64,000 bases of DNA from NCBI GenBank assembly GCA_041601615.1, contig JBFIHX010000004.1:1-64000 (forward strand), in the 5' to 3' direction. Shown here piece after piece: positions 18,465 to 28,091 of this stretch (positions are counted from its first letter, which is position 1; each line of letters begins with the position of its first letter). A model generated the notes under the pieces. The model made no database searches. It had not been told where the DNA came from and was given only the letters and a program-made list of their open reading frames with translations. The translations under genes and the position numbers were made by a program. This stretch comes from Thermoplasmatota archaeon (GTDB lineage: Archaea; Thermoplasmatota; E2; JACPAO01; JAHFTW01).

Positions 18465-19490
18465 TTATGGCCAGGAATCGACGAACGCTGGGTCCCCCAG
18501 GGTGGCCCAGAGGGTGTTGCCGACGATTTCGAGCATCCGTGCGTCGATGTTCTGCATGGTGTCGCCGCTTGTGTGCCAGTAGGGCGGGAAGCCGAATTTG
18601 TCTCCGCCGCTGCGCCCAAAGTCGATGATATCTACGGCGCGCACGCCCGCGTCTAGGAAGGGAACGTGGTCGTCGATGACGGCTTTTTCCTGATCGGTGA
18701 ATTGCTCGGCACCTCCTTGGGCGCGTCCGTGCCTCCATAGCAGGTCCATGAGGGCTGGGTCGCTCTCTTGGCTTTGCTCTTCGCGCACAAACCGGGCGTT
18801 GAGGTCTCCGACCATGTCTAGGAGGATCATGCGGTCGATGCGGCCAGCGGGTTCGTGGGCGGCAAACAAAATGCTGCCTGCAAGCGGGTGGCAGTCTTCG
18901 AAGCCATCCTCGCCATCAAAGAATGCCACGACAATGTCCACGGCTGGATCCAATATGCCCTCGGCGATGTGCTGCATCAGCTGGAGAAGCACACCAACAC
19001 CGCTGGCACCGTCGTTGGCTCCGAGCATCGGCCCGCCGTTGCTTGCGTCTTCTTTGCTGTCCCAGTGTGCCGCCAGCAGGAGCGTTCGCCCCGTTGCGCC
19101 GCCTGTTGCGTCGCGTCGGGCCCAGATGTTGGAAAAGGTATGCTCGGAGACTTCCTCGGCGTCCTCGTCCGGGCAGGCGCCGGGCTGCGTGTACCGGGAA
19201 ACCAAGGGAGACTGAAGCGCCTGGTAGTCGGCGCCTGTGAAATTCTGCCAGCCGCGCTGCCAGCCGGAGGCATCCATGTTGTCCCACAACCAGGCTGCGG
19301 CGTCGGCGTGCCCTTCGGAGCCGGGGTTGCGGTAGCGGGGTGCGCCGGTATCGTCGGTGACAAGGCCCTCCACGAAGGCATAAGCGCCATCGCCGTCGAA
19401 TTCGGGCACGGGTCGCGTGTCTTGGTCGAAGCAACCAGAAAGGGGCACCGACAGGAGCAGGGTGATGCAGGCAAGCAGCCGAACGCGCAC
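18465..19490 (-). CDS. M28 family peptidase / glutaminyl cyclase-like lipoprotein
   Basis: LSGC lipobox, AAHWDSK, GANDGASGVG, FFDGED, LLDMVG, DDHVPF, YWHT. Confidence 0.88.
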   Translation of the reverse strand: MRVRLLACITLLLSVPLSGCFDQDTRPVPEFDGDGAYAFVEGLVTDDTGAPRYRNPGSEGHADAAAWLWDNMDASGWQRGWQNFTGADYQALQSPLVSRYTQPGACPDEDAEEVSEHTFSNIWARRDATGGATGRTLLLAAHWDSKEDASNGGPMLGANDGASGVGVLLQLMQHIAEGILDPAVDIVVAFFDGEDGFEDCHPLAGSILFAAHEPAGRIDRMILLDMVGDLNARFVREEQSQESDPALMDLLWRHGRAQGGAEQFTDQEKAVIDDHVPFLDAGVRAVDIIDFGRSGGDKFGFPPYWHTSGDTMQNIDARMLEIVGNTLWATLGDPAFVDSWP

Positions 19491-19520
19491 GAAGCCGCAC
19501 CTGCGAGGGGACTGGTAAGC

Positions 19521-20399
19521 CTACCGAACGACGGAGTGGTCTGGCGCCGGTTGGTAACCGTAGAAGATGCTGGCAAACGCCTCGAATTCTTGTTGGAATT
19601 GCCATCCAACGCCATGGTCGCTGCCGCCGCTGTCTTCGCCGGCTCCTACGAGTGCTTCGGCGCGCAGAGTGCCTCCGGTGGGCACTGATTGCTCTAGGTT
19701 GCTGCGGGAGATGTGCAACCGCAGCGGCGAGGAGGCTTCGGTTTCGGCCACGAGTGTCCCGGCTTGGTCGTGGACACGCACGAGGAGGAATCGGGCAAGC
19801 TCCGTGCCGGCTTCCCAGGTCAGTTCCACGATGATGCCTTCGGCGCCGCGTTCCACGGGAATGTCCCATTGGTGCCGGTCGCCTCCGAGGGCGCCGTCGC
19901 ATCGAGTGTTGCCGTGTTCGTGGCCGTTTTCGTGGCTGTGGGTGGGTTGGAAGATGAAGTCGCAGGCGATGATACCGTTGATTTGATGGAGTTCCATCCG
20001 GGGCATGATGCCGTCGATGCGTTCTAGCACGACGCGGACACCGGCTTCTGTTTGCGCAAGGTCGATGGATTGTTCGTGGGCAAGGAAGCCCGGCGCGGAC
20101 ACAAACAGTGTGTAGGCTCCGAGGGTCAGGTTGGCGAACTGGAATTCGCCAAGTTCGGTGGCGTTGGTTTCGAGTGCAGTGCCATTGCCGACGGGAGCCA
20201 GGCGGACGTTTGCACCGTCGATGGAGCGGAATGCCCTGTCCACAACGTCCCCAACGAGGGTAGCAGTGGGTGCGAGGGCTGGAAGCTCATCGCCATCGAG
20301 CGCTTGTGTGTCGGCGGCGGGGCCTTCGGCGGGCGCACTGCATCCGGCCAGAATCAGGCAGGCGACCAGGAGCAGCGCGGAGCCGCTAGTTGTTTGCAA
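19521..20399 (-). CDS. carboxypeptidase-regulatory-like domain lipoprotein
   Basis: LAGC lipobox, GDVVD..IDGANV..GEFQF..GAYTL; start probably TTG 20399. Confidence 0.72.
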   Translation of the reverse strand: MQTTSGSALLLVACLILAGCSAPAEGPAADTQALDGDELPALAPTATLVGDVVDRAFRSIDGANVRLAPVGNGTALETNATELGEFQFANLTLGAYTLFVSAPGFLAHEQSIDLAQTEAGVRVVLERIDGIMPRMELHQINGIIACDFIFQPTHSHENGHEHGNTRCDGALGGDRHQWDIPVERGAEGIIVELTWEAGTELARFLLVRVHDQAGTLVAETEASSPLRLHISRSNLEQSVPTGGTLRAEALVGAGEDSGGSDHGVGWQFQQEFEAFASIFYGYQPAPDHSVVR

Positions 20400-21246
20400 T
20401 GGAATATCCGGGCGGAGGTCCGTCGACGTAAAAGACGGTCGCAAATGCCTCGAAGTCCTGTTGAATCGCGACTCCTGCGCCGCTTCCGGTTTCGTCGTCG
20501 GCGGTGTTGCGGCCCACGTCTACGGTGACGCGCACAATGCCGCCTTGGGTGTAGAATCGTTCACTCTGGAAGCGGTTGACTTGGGCGCGCAGGATGCTGC
20601 CTCCTTCGTTGCCGGAGAGGATTTCGTCGAAGTTGCCAAAGCCGACGGTTTCGACGGTGAGGTTTAGGTGTTCGGCGGCGGGTGTGCCGGCGTCCCAGAA
20701 GATTTCGACGACGATGCCGGCGACGTCCGGTTTGACGGTGAATTCCCAGACGCGTTCGTCCACGCCGCCACTGATGCGGCATTCGATGTTGTTGGGATTG
20801 TTTTGAACCTTCACTACGCCGTCGCAGGAGATGAGGCCGTTGAAGCTGAGCCGTTCGTTGTAGGCGACTTTCTCGGAGACCGGCGCGAGTGTGAAGTTCA
20901 GTTGCAGGATGGTGTCCTGGGTTAAGGTCACGGCCTTGCTTGTGGATTCAAATCCGGTGGCCTGGACGACGATGACGAGCACTTGGTCGTAGGGCAGGCT
21001 CTTGAAGCCGTAGTGGCCCTGGTCGTTGGCTTTGGTGGATTGGTTGAGGGCGGGTATGCTGACCTCGGCGCCCACCACAGGCGCGAGTGCCGGGTCAAAC
21101 ACCCATCCGCCGAGCACTTCAAGGCTGGCGGGGGAGGTGTTTCCGTCGTCTGCTGGCGTGTCGCTCGTTTCTGGCTTGTCGCTGCTGGAGCAACCGGCTA
21201 GGAGGGCGGGGAGAAGAAGGAGCAGGCAGACGACGGAGGCGCGCAT
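20386..21246 (-). CDS. carboxypeptidase-regulatory-like domain lipoprotein
   Basis: LAGC lipobox, GWVFD..PVVGAEV; C-terminal QQDFEAFATVFY shared with the neighbour. Confidence 0.75.
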   Translation of the reverse strand: MRASVVCLLLLLPALLAGCSSSDKPETSDTPADDGNTSPASLEVLGGWVFDPALAPVVGAEVSIPALNQSTKANDQGHYGFKSLPYDQVLVIVVQATGFESTSKAVTLTQDTILQLNFTLAPVSEKVAYNERLSFNGLISCDGVVKVQNNPNNIECRISGGVDERVWEFTVKPDVAGIVVEIFWDAGTPAAEHLNLTVETVGFGNFDEILSGNEGGSILRAQVNRFQSERFYTQGGIVRVTVDVGRNTADDETGSGAGVAIQQDFEAFATVFYVDGPPPGYSIANN

Positions 21247-21248
21247 GT

Positions 21249-23765
21249 TTAGGACCGCCGGCGGACGACGAGGGCGGCTGCGATGGCACCGATGAGGGCT
21301 AGGAAACCGAGGCCCGGCGCGCCGTTGTCCTTGGCGCCGGCTCCAGTGTCACCGTCGTCGACGTTTGCGGCGGTCGCTTCACGCTCGTTGGCGCTCTGAA
21401 CGATGCCGGAGTCCTTGATGACCACAGGCGGGGCGGTGAATTTCTCGTCCCAGCCGAGCATGTTGCGCACGATTTGGTTGCCGCTGAAGGTGGTGGCGTA
21501 GTTGTCCAGTCCGTATGGGTGGTAGAACTCCTCGGTGGGGTCGGGGAGGATGGCGCCCATGAACTGGATCTTGCCGGATCCGACTGCATAGGTGCCAAGG
21601 CTGATGCCGTTGTCGTCGCAGAATTCGCCGAGGTTGGGGCCGCCGCATTGGTAGCCGACCACTTCGCCGCCGAGGCCGTTGTAGGCGCCGGCGTCGATGA
21701 ACCAGTTGGGGGCCGCGTTGGCGCCTACGGCGAACCCGAGGGGGGTCGGTTCGTAGGTTTGCTTGACGCCGCCGCGCACCTTGTCCAGAAGCGGGTGGGA
21801 AAGATCCATGCGGATGCCTCCCATGTAGCGCGTGACCTTGTCCACGGCGCCGTCGGTGAGGCCGGCGAGGTCGAAGAACTTGAGGCCGGCGTCGGTCAGG
21901 ACAAGGTTGCCGCCGTTTTCGACCCAGGTCATGATGGCGTTGATGGCCGCCGTGTTGACTTGGCCCTCTGCGACGTTGTTTTCGGTGGCGTCGCCCGCGA
22001 TGAGTTGGTTGATGGCGCTGCCGGGAATGACGAGGTTGTCAAAGCGGGCCAGAACGGTGGGGGTGAGGTCCTTGAGGTTCAGGGGTTGCAGCACACCGGG
22101 GGTTGCTTGGTCCGTGCCGCAGTTGTTGCAGAGGAACGGTTGGATGTCTTCCCAGTACTTGGCGGGGCGGGCAGTGAAGATTTGGTCCGCGCCGTAGTCC
22201 CAGGCGTCGTCGCCGGGGTTTTTGTCGGCCCAGCCGCCGGGGCTCATGCTTTCGTCGTCGGCGTTGGTGGCGACGAATTGGCTCACGAGGTAGGCGGTTT
22301 TTGCGCCGGCTGCTTCGTAGCTTACTTGGACGTCGTGGGCGGCCGCGTCCATGAAGCTCTTGACGATGTGGCGCACCATGTGGACGTGGTAGTCGTTGAA
22401 CAGGCTGCCTGCCTCGTATTGGCTATCCACGGTGATGTGGTTGTAGGCAAGCTCGATGTCGTAGCCGGGGGCATTGAGGCCGGTGTTTTGGGCAAAGAAG
22501 TCGCCACTGAAGCCCGAGTCGGTGTAGCCGATGGCGTCGATGACGGTGTAGTACTCGGCAAATTGCGTGCTGCCGACTGCTTCCGTGGGAGATCCGTCGC
22601 CGGCAAGTTGGCTAAACGGTGCGGGGCAGTCCACTTGGCTGCACAGGTCGGGGGTTGCGGCCCAGGCGGTCTCGGCGGCGCCAAAGAGGGTGCGCCATTC
22701 GTTGAAGTGTTGGTCGCCGTTGAACCGCTCCTTGAGCGTCTCTGCAAGGCGCAGGTTGCGTTGCATTTCTTGCGGCGTGAAGCTGCCGGCGGGGAGCATG
22801 ATGGCGCCGAAGTTCTGGTGGTTGAGCATGCCGTGGATGTCGATGGCGTAGTTCCAGTCGAGGCCGTGGTTATCGCGTTGGTCAACCATCCAGTTGAGGT
22901 AGCCGGTGGGTTCGGGTTCGCCGACGGCGTTGTGGCTGCGGTCGTCCTTTTGCCAGCCAATGGTGGGCAGTTGGCGGTTCATGTCGACGCCGTTGCCGTT
23001 GGTGCGGCAAAAGAGGGTGCCGCAGAAGCCGCCGCCGGTGACGGGGTTGCCTTGGAGGTATTCGAATTCGTCGTGTGCCCAGCCGTCGGCGTTCGGGAAC
23101 AGGAGGAAGATCGACATGAAGTCGAGGTAGTCACGGTAGTCTTCGACGAGGCCGCCGGTGGGTTTGGCGAGGCCTTCTCCGGAGATGCCGGCGCCGTTGA
23201 GGACGGTCTCGGTGGCAAAGCCCTTGTCGAGTACGAGGTCTTCGAGGACGCGGAATCCACCTTCTCGTCCGCCCTTTTCGTTGCCGTGGATGCTCAGCAT
23301 GAACAGCATGTTGAGCTTGTTTTCACGGGGAATGGGGGATTTTTCGTTGGTGATCTCGAGCATGTAGATCGGGAATCGGTCGACGCTGCCGTCGGCCTTG
23401 GCGAGCCCTGCGCTCTGAGCCACTTCGTGCACCTCGATGAAGTCGGGGTTTTGGGCGGCGATGTATTGCAGGCCTGCTTGGAATTCGAAGTAACCGATGA
23501 AGTCGGTGACAAAGCCGCGAGCCCAATTCTGGGCGTAGTCGGAGTCGGTGAGGTAGTCGGCGTGGGGGTGCGCTTCAGGGAAGACGCGGCCTGTGGCGGC
23601 CTCACAGAGGTCCGGGCGGACCATGGCGGCGGTGGCGGTCGTGGCACCTGCGGGGCTGGCGGCAGGGCAGTAGGGGACGCCGGGGTTGGCGTCGACGCCG
23701 GGGAGGACCGTCATGGTCAGAAGGGTCACCACGAAGAATGCAGTGAGGCGGGACTGGGCACGCAT
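21249..23765 (-). CDS. secreted M14 zinc carboxypeptidase with C-terminal sorting signal
   Basis: IHGNE (HxxE), PNADG, RTNGNGVDMNR, DIHG; C-terminal APGLG-TM-RRR. Confidence 0.88.
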   Translation of the reverse strand: MRAQSRLTAFFVVTLLTMTVLPGVDANPGVPYCPAASPAGATTATAAMVRPDLCEAATGRVFPEAHPHADYLTDSDYAQNWARGFVTDFIGYFEFQAGLQYIAAQNPDFIEVHEVAQSAGLAKADGSVDRFPIYMLEITNEKSPIPRENKLNMLFMLSIHGNEKGGREGGFRVLEDLVLDKGFATETVLNGAGISGEGLAKPTGGLVEDYRDYLDFMSIFLLFPNADGWAHDEFEYLQGNPVTGGGFCGTLFCRTNGNGVDMNRQLPTIGWQKDDRSHNAVGEPEPTGYLNWMVDQRDNHGLDWNYAIDIHGMLNHQNFGAIMLPAGSFTPQEMQRNLRLAETLKERFNGDQHFNEWRTLFGAAETAWAATPDLCSQVDCPAPFSQLAGDGSPTEAVGSTQFAEYYTVIDAIGYTDSGFSGDFFAQNTGLNAPGYDIELAYNHITVDSQYEAGSLFNDYHVHMVRHIVKSFMDAAAHDVQVSYEAAGAKTAYLVSQFVATNADDESMSPGGWADKNPGDDAWDYGADQIFTARPAKYWEDIQPFLCNNCGTDQATPGVLQPLNLKDLTPTVLARFDNLVIPGSAINQLIAGDATENNVAEGQVNTAAINAIMTWVENGGNLVLTDAGLKFFDLAGLTDGAVDKVTRYMGGIRMDLSHPLLDKVRGGVKQTYEPTPLGFAVGANAAPNWFIDAGAYNGLGGEVVGYQCGGPNLGEFCDDNGISLGTYAVGSGKIQFMGAILPDPTEEFYHPYGLDNYATTFSGNQIVRNMLGWDEKFTAPPVVIKDSGIVQSANEREATAANVDDGDTGAGAKDNGAPGLGFLALIGAIAAALVVRRRS

Positions 23766-23990
23766 ACAGATGCGCGAGCCTAGGTGCCGGGCATAAGGTT
23801 TGTCGGCGCAGCGCCGTGGACCAGCGCTGAAATTGGGCTATTTGGGCCTGTGGCCGGTGCATGTGGCGGGCAAGCGGGTCGATGGACGCCCGACGCACGC
23901 GCAAAAAAGGGGTCGGGCGGGCGCCACGGGAATCAAAAGGGGTTGGAGAAAGGGTGAAGGGAGTTGGATGGGGAAACGGGCGCCGTGCGG

Positions 23991-24230
23991 CTACCAGAAG
24001 TCGACGCCGCCGGCGTCTTCGAGGGGGTCCTCGAAGTCTTCAAAGCTGGCTTCGCAGCCCTTTCCCTTGGCAAAGGTGACGATTTCTTCGGCGTCGCTCG
24101 TGGCTCCGGCGGGCACCTCGAAGATGACCTTGCTGCCGGCGTGCTCGTAGAGTTTCTTGTAGAACTGTTCCTTGACCTCGATTGCAACGTCGGCGTCGGG
24201 GGCTTCTACGGTGATTCGAATGGTGCTCAT
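23991..24230 (-). CDS. small acidic hypothetical protein (79 aa)
   Basis: ATG 24230 just after the cyclophilin stop, GGAG upstream. Confidence 0.65.
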   Translation of the reverse strand: MSTIRITVEAPDADVAIEVKEQFYKKLYEHAGSKVIFEVPAGATSDAEEIVTFAKGKGCEASFEDFEDPLEDAGGVDFW

Positions 24231-24235
24231 GGGGT

Positions 24236-24706
24236 TCACTCCACCTTCTTGACGGACACGAGTTGGTCCCACTGGCGCACGGAATCCACCACGTCGAGGC
24301 CTTCCACGACGTGTCCAAAGACGGTGTGGACGCCATCCAGGTGGGGCTGGGGGCTGTGGGTGATGAAGAATTGGCTGCCGCCGGTGTCCTTGCCGGCGTG
24401 GGCCATGGACAATACACCGCGGCCGTGGCGGCGGGGGTTGCCTTGGATTTCGCACTTGATGTGGTAGCCGGGGCCGCCGGTGCCGCTGCGGCGGTCGCCC
24501 TTCTTCTTGGAGTTGGGGCAGCCGCCTTGGATCATGAAGTCGGCGATGACGCGGTGGAAGTGCAGGCCGTTGTAGAAGCCCTTGTCGGCGAGCTTCAGGA
24601 AGTTCTCGACGGTTTTGGGAGCGTCGTTGGCAAACAGCTCGATGGTCATGGTGCCTCGCTCGGTCTTCATCTCGACCAGCGGAAGGCCGCCTTCTTTCTT
24701 GCCCAT
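24236..24706 (-). CDS. cyclophilin-type peptidyl-prolyl isomerase
   Basis: [47 protein letters not shown]. Confidence 0.95.
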   Translation of the reverse strand: MGKKEGGLPLVEMKTERGTMTIELFANDAPKTVENFLKLADKGFYNGLHFHRVIADFMIQGGCPNSKKKGDRRSGTGGPGYHIKCEIQGNPRRHGRGVLSMAHAGKDTGGSQFFITHSPQPHLDGVHTVFGHVVEGLDVVDSVRQWDQLVSVKKVE

Positions 24707-24805
24707 GGCCGGCCCGACCCTTGCGGCGTTCAAGAAGGCAACGGCGGGGGCGCGTGTCCTGTGTCCCTTGGACCCGTGGTGTTCGGGTTGCATGAATAGG
24801 GCTAG

Positions 24806-25471
24806 ATGCGGTGGGTTGGTGTTCGCGGCGTGGACGAAGCGGGGAGGTTGCGCGTTGCGGGGGGTCTTGCTGCGAGTTTCGTGCTTTGGACCCTGCTGGT
24901 GGCGGGGGGCTCATTGGATTCCTTGGACGCCACCATGGGACATGGGCTCGTGGACGAGCCACGAGTCTCCACGTGGACGTTCATCACGGACCTTGGCGAC
25001 ACGCTGGCCGTGGGCACTTTGGTGTTCTTGGCGGCCCTGGTGGCATTGGTGCGCCGAGATTTCGTAGCGGCAGCGCTTGCAGGTGCGATTCCGGTGGGTG
25101 GCTGGGTGCTGGGGCGAATTGTGAAGGTGCTCGTGGATCGCCCCCGGCCGGACTGGGCGCTTTTTGCGGAAACGGGCCCCGCCTATCCAAGCAACCACAC
25201 CTTTGTTGGTTGGCTGTTGTGGGTCTGTGTGGTCTGGGTGCTTGCGCGCAACAATCCACGTCGCGCGCAGTGGGCGATGCTTGGTGTGGTGCCCGCAGTG
25301 GTTGTGGCGTCGAGTCGCGTGGCGCTGGGCGTGCACCATGTGAGCGATCTTGTGGGATCGTGGTTGCTGGGATTGACGGTGCTGGCCGCGCTGCCTTGGA
25401 TTACGGCTCGACTGGATGCATGGTGGCTCCGTCTGCAAGGAACCAGCCCGCAAGCGCCGGGTGTGGACTGA
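24806..25471 (+). CDS. PAP2 family membrane phosphatase
   Basis: [26 protein letters not shown]. Confidence 0.88.
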   Translation: MRWVGVRGVDEAGRLRVAGGLAASFVLWTLLVAGGSLDSLDATMGHGLVDEPRVSTWTFITDLGDTLAVGTLVFLAALVALVRRDFVAAALAGAIPVGGWVLGRIVKVLVDRPRPDWALFAETGPAYPSNHTFVGWLLWVCVVWVLARNNPRRAQWAMLGVVPAVVVASSRVALGVHHVSDLVGSWLLGLTVLAALPWITARLDAWWLRLQGTSPQAPGVD

Positions 25472-26048
25472 GCCCTTCAAAGCGCCAGGATGTGCCGATG
25501 CCTGCGGCGCGCACCGTTTTGAGTTGATCATCCCAGAGCACCACCCAGACTCGTCCAGACTCAGTGCGTAAGTGGACTTCGGCGCGGAAGCGGGGGCCGT
25601 TGTCGCCGAGCACCGGTTCCGTATCGCCAAACGCCAGGACGCTGCCTGTGACGTCCACGGAGGGGGCGGGCCCGTCGGCGGACTCGGGCACGCAGGCGCC
25701 AAGGTGCAATTCCACGCCGCCGCGCCAGCCTTCCTTGATGGTGGGACCTGCCAGTCGTACGCGGGCGCCGGGTGTGAGCGGGCCATCGCGCACGAACCGC
25801 GCCTCATCGTCCCACAAAACCAGTTCCACGCTGCCGCTGTCATCCTCCAGGGTGACGCGCTGCAAGCTGCCCTCACCGCCCCGCTTGCGCTGAAACGTGC
25901 GCGGCGGGGCAACGTGCTGGACCGTCGCCACCACGACTCCTGCTTGACCGGGACGAAGATGGCCCGTGCGAAGATGGACAGAAACTTCCTCGCCCGCAGC
26001 CTGCCGATCAAGCCGGGCTTGGGTTGACGCATCGAGCAAGTCAGGCAC
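25401..26048 (-). CDS. OB-fold ssDNA-binding (RPA-like) protein
   Basis: RTFQRKRGGEGSLQRVTLEDDSGSVELVLWDD and a second OB fold. Confidence 0.75.
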   Translation of the reverse strand: MPDLLDASTQARLDRQAAGEEVSVHLRTGHLRPGQAGVVVATVQHVAPPRTFQRKRGGEGSLQRVTLEDDSGSVELVLWDDEARFVRDGPLTPGARVRLAGPTIKEGWRGGVELHLGACVPESADGPAPSVDVTGSVLAFGDTEPVLGDNGPRFRAEVHLRTESGRVWVVLWDDQLKTVRAAGIGTSWRFEGLSPHPALAGWFLADGATMHPVEP

Positions 26049-26161
26049 AATCCAGGGGAAGCCAAAACTGCGCTTAGGGCTTCGGCAAGGACCTCTGCGA
26101 AACCACCCAGGCCGCACCTCGAGCACAAGTGATTATAGGCACCGAATTCCAAGACTCCACC

Positions 26162-26515
26162 ATGCAAATCATCCGCTCGGGCACCGACGAGGAAAGCCTC
26201 CTAGGCGTAGTCCAGTCGTACGAGCACAAGGGGTTCAATGGTCAGTTCACGAGCCTGCCAACCGCCATGGTGCAGTGCATCACGTGCCACGAGTCAAGCC
26301 CCGCCGAACAAGTGCCGCTCCTAGCCGCCCATCGCCTCGAGGGCGTCAGCGACCCCTCCGAGCAAGCGGTCGTGGTGGGGCTCGAATGCCCGGCCTGCGG
26401 TCAATTGGGAACCATGGTTCTTCCATACGGCCCCGGCGCCAGCTTCGAGGACGCCGACGTGCTTTCAGCCCTGCTTGACGACCGAGATCAGAGCCGCGTG
26501 CAGCAAGGAATGTAA
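26162..26515 (+). CDS. hypothetical protein with two CxxC motifs, bacterial-like family
   Basis: CITC...RLEGVSDP...CPACG..LPYGP. Confidence 0.6.
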   Translation: MQIIRSGTDEESLLGVVQSYEHKGFNGQFTSLPTAMVQCITCHESSPAEQVPLLAAHRLEGVSDPSEQAVVVGLECPACGQLGTMVLPYGPGASFEDADVLSALLDDRDQSRVQQGM

Positions 26516-26676
26516 CGACGCACGGCCCCTCCCTGAGCCGCTGGGTGCGAACTCCAGGCCGCCTCCACGGACCCCGAATGTGGCCCCAGAATAGGGATTT
26601 CTCGAATATCATACCATGCGGTTATCCTCGGTGCCCTATGCAACAAATCGGGCCTTGTGCCCAGGTGAATACCTCT

Positions 26677-27150
26677 ATGCAAAACAACACCAAGGCCGTC
26701 TTGATGGCCCTCATGCTCAGCAGCACCGTCGTCATGGCCGTCGCCCCCAGCTCCCAGGCTGCCTTCGTGGCCCCTAACCCCATTTGCCTCAACGGCGACT
26801 GGGCCACGGTCTGCCTCGGTACCGCCAGCGTCAGCCGCCAAATCGCCGACGTTGACCCCAGCAAGCTCGTGTTCCACTGCACCGACCCCGTCGGCACCGG
26901 CGACATCTGCGTCCCCACCGTGCCCAGCGTGATCGCCGCCGCGACCGCCAGCCGCAACGTCAACGTCGTCACCGCGACCTACAGCTACCAAATCCACGGC
27001 GCGAACATCATCTACGACATCTGCATGATTGTCTTCGGCAACCCCAACGTCTGCCGCTACACCGAGATCACCCTCGCTGACGCCGACAACGACGGCGCCC
27101 TCGACAGCGTCCTCCTCGACAACGTCGCCGTGCCCTTCACCTTCGCCTAG
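26677..27150 (+). CDS. secreted 6-Cys protein, paralog A
   Basis: signal peptide, three short Cys loops, DADNDG motif; AGGTGA upstream. Confidence 0.75.
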   Translation: MQNNTKAVLMALMLSSTVVMAVAPSSQAAFVAPNPICLNGDWATVCLGTASVSRQIADVDPSKLVFHCTDPVGTGDICVPTVPSVIAAATASRNVNVVTATYSYQIHGANIIYDICMIVFGNPNVCRYTEITLADADNDGALDSVLLDNVAVPFTFA

Positions 27151-27581
27151 GCTTGCCTAAGCATTCTTTTCCCTCTCCCCCTCACCATTCCCTTTGATGT
27201 TCTGTTCCGGCTCCAAGCCGGTTCCCGCGCCGAACCCGGCGCCAAATTCCCGGTCCACGGCCAAATCCAATTCCACAGCCGCACGCCACGGCTGCTTTCC
27301 CGTGCGGCGCCGTGCTCCCTTCTGCGCACGCCCCCCCCCCTCAGTCGCCGCGCTCCGCTCCCGCGCCATCCCCCAATCTCTGCGATTGTGCACTCCCCAC
27401 GTTGCCCCAACGCAACCCCATCAAACCCCCACCCCCATCCGGACCTCGGCAGCCTCGCCACGCGCCGCCAACGTAGCCCGGGACGAACAGTAAACCCGTA
27501 AGGATTTTTCAAACATCATAGTCGCGTGTTATGCGCGCAGCGGAATGCCCACACACAGGCAATCGCCTAGGAGTCAAATCC

Positions 27582-28052
27582 ATGCACAAAAACACCAAGG
27601 CCGTCACCATGGCCCTCATCATCAGCACCACTGCACTACTCGCCCTCGCCCCCAGCGGCCAGGCCAAAGCCGACTTCGAACTCAAACCGATCTGCCTCAA
27701 CGGCGACTGGGCCGACGTTTGCCTGAACGTGGTCAAGACCCAGCGCAACGTCATCGTACCCGATACCAGCCGCCTCGTCTACCACTGCACCGACCCCATC
27801 GGCACCGGCGACATCTGCGTCCCCACCGTGCCCAGCATCCAGGACGCCCTCACCGCGCGCCAGAACGTCAACTCGGTCACTGCCACCTACAGCTTCCAGG
27901 TCCACGGCCAAACCATCGTCTACGACATCTGCATGATCGTCTTCGGCAACCCCTACATCTGCGGCTTCACCGAGATCACCCTCGCTGACGCCGACAACGA
28001 CGGCGCCCTCGACAGCATCCTCGTCAACGACGTGGCCGTGCCGTTCTCCTAA
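27582..28052 (+). CDS. secreted 6-Cys protein, paralog B
   Basis: same architecture as 26677-27150; AGGAG upstream. Confidence 0.75.
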   Translation: MHKNTKAVTMALIISTTALLALAPSGQAKADFELKPICLNGDWADVCLNVVKTQRNVIVPDTSRLVYHCTDPIGTGDICVPTVPSIQDALTARQNVNSVTATYSFQVHGQTIVYDICMIVFGNPYICGFTEITLADADNDGALDSILVNDVAVPFS

Positions 28053-28091
28053 AACGTCTAGTAGTTGCCATTTCCCTCTTCCTTCCCCTCC

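Noticed and set aside
21474-23783. 769-aa plus-strand ORF (also 1635-2831, 8680-9726, 15419-16597 and similar)
   Set aside because: Antisense shadows of well-supported genes, expected from high-GC codon bias; no recognisable motifs.
27151-27581. 430-bp gap between the paralogs as a possible ncRNA
   Set aside because: Only a short hairpin and pyrimidine tract (terminator-like) plus C-rich sequence; no tRNA, SRP or RNase P features recognised.
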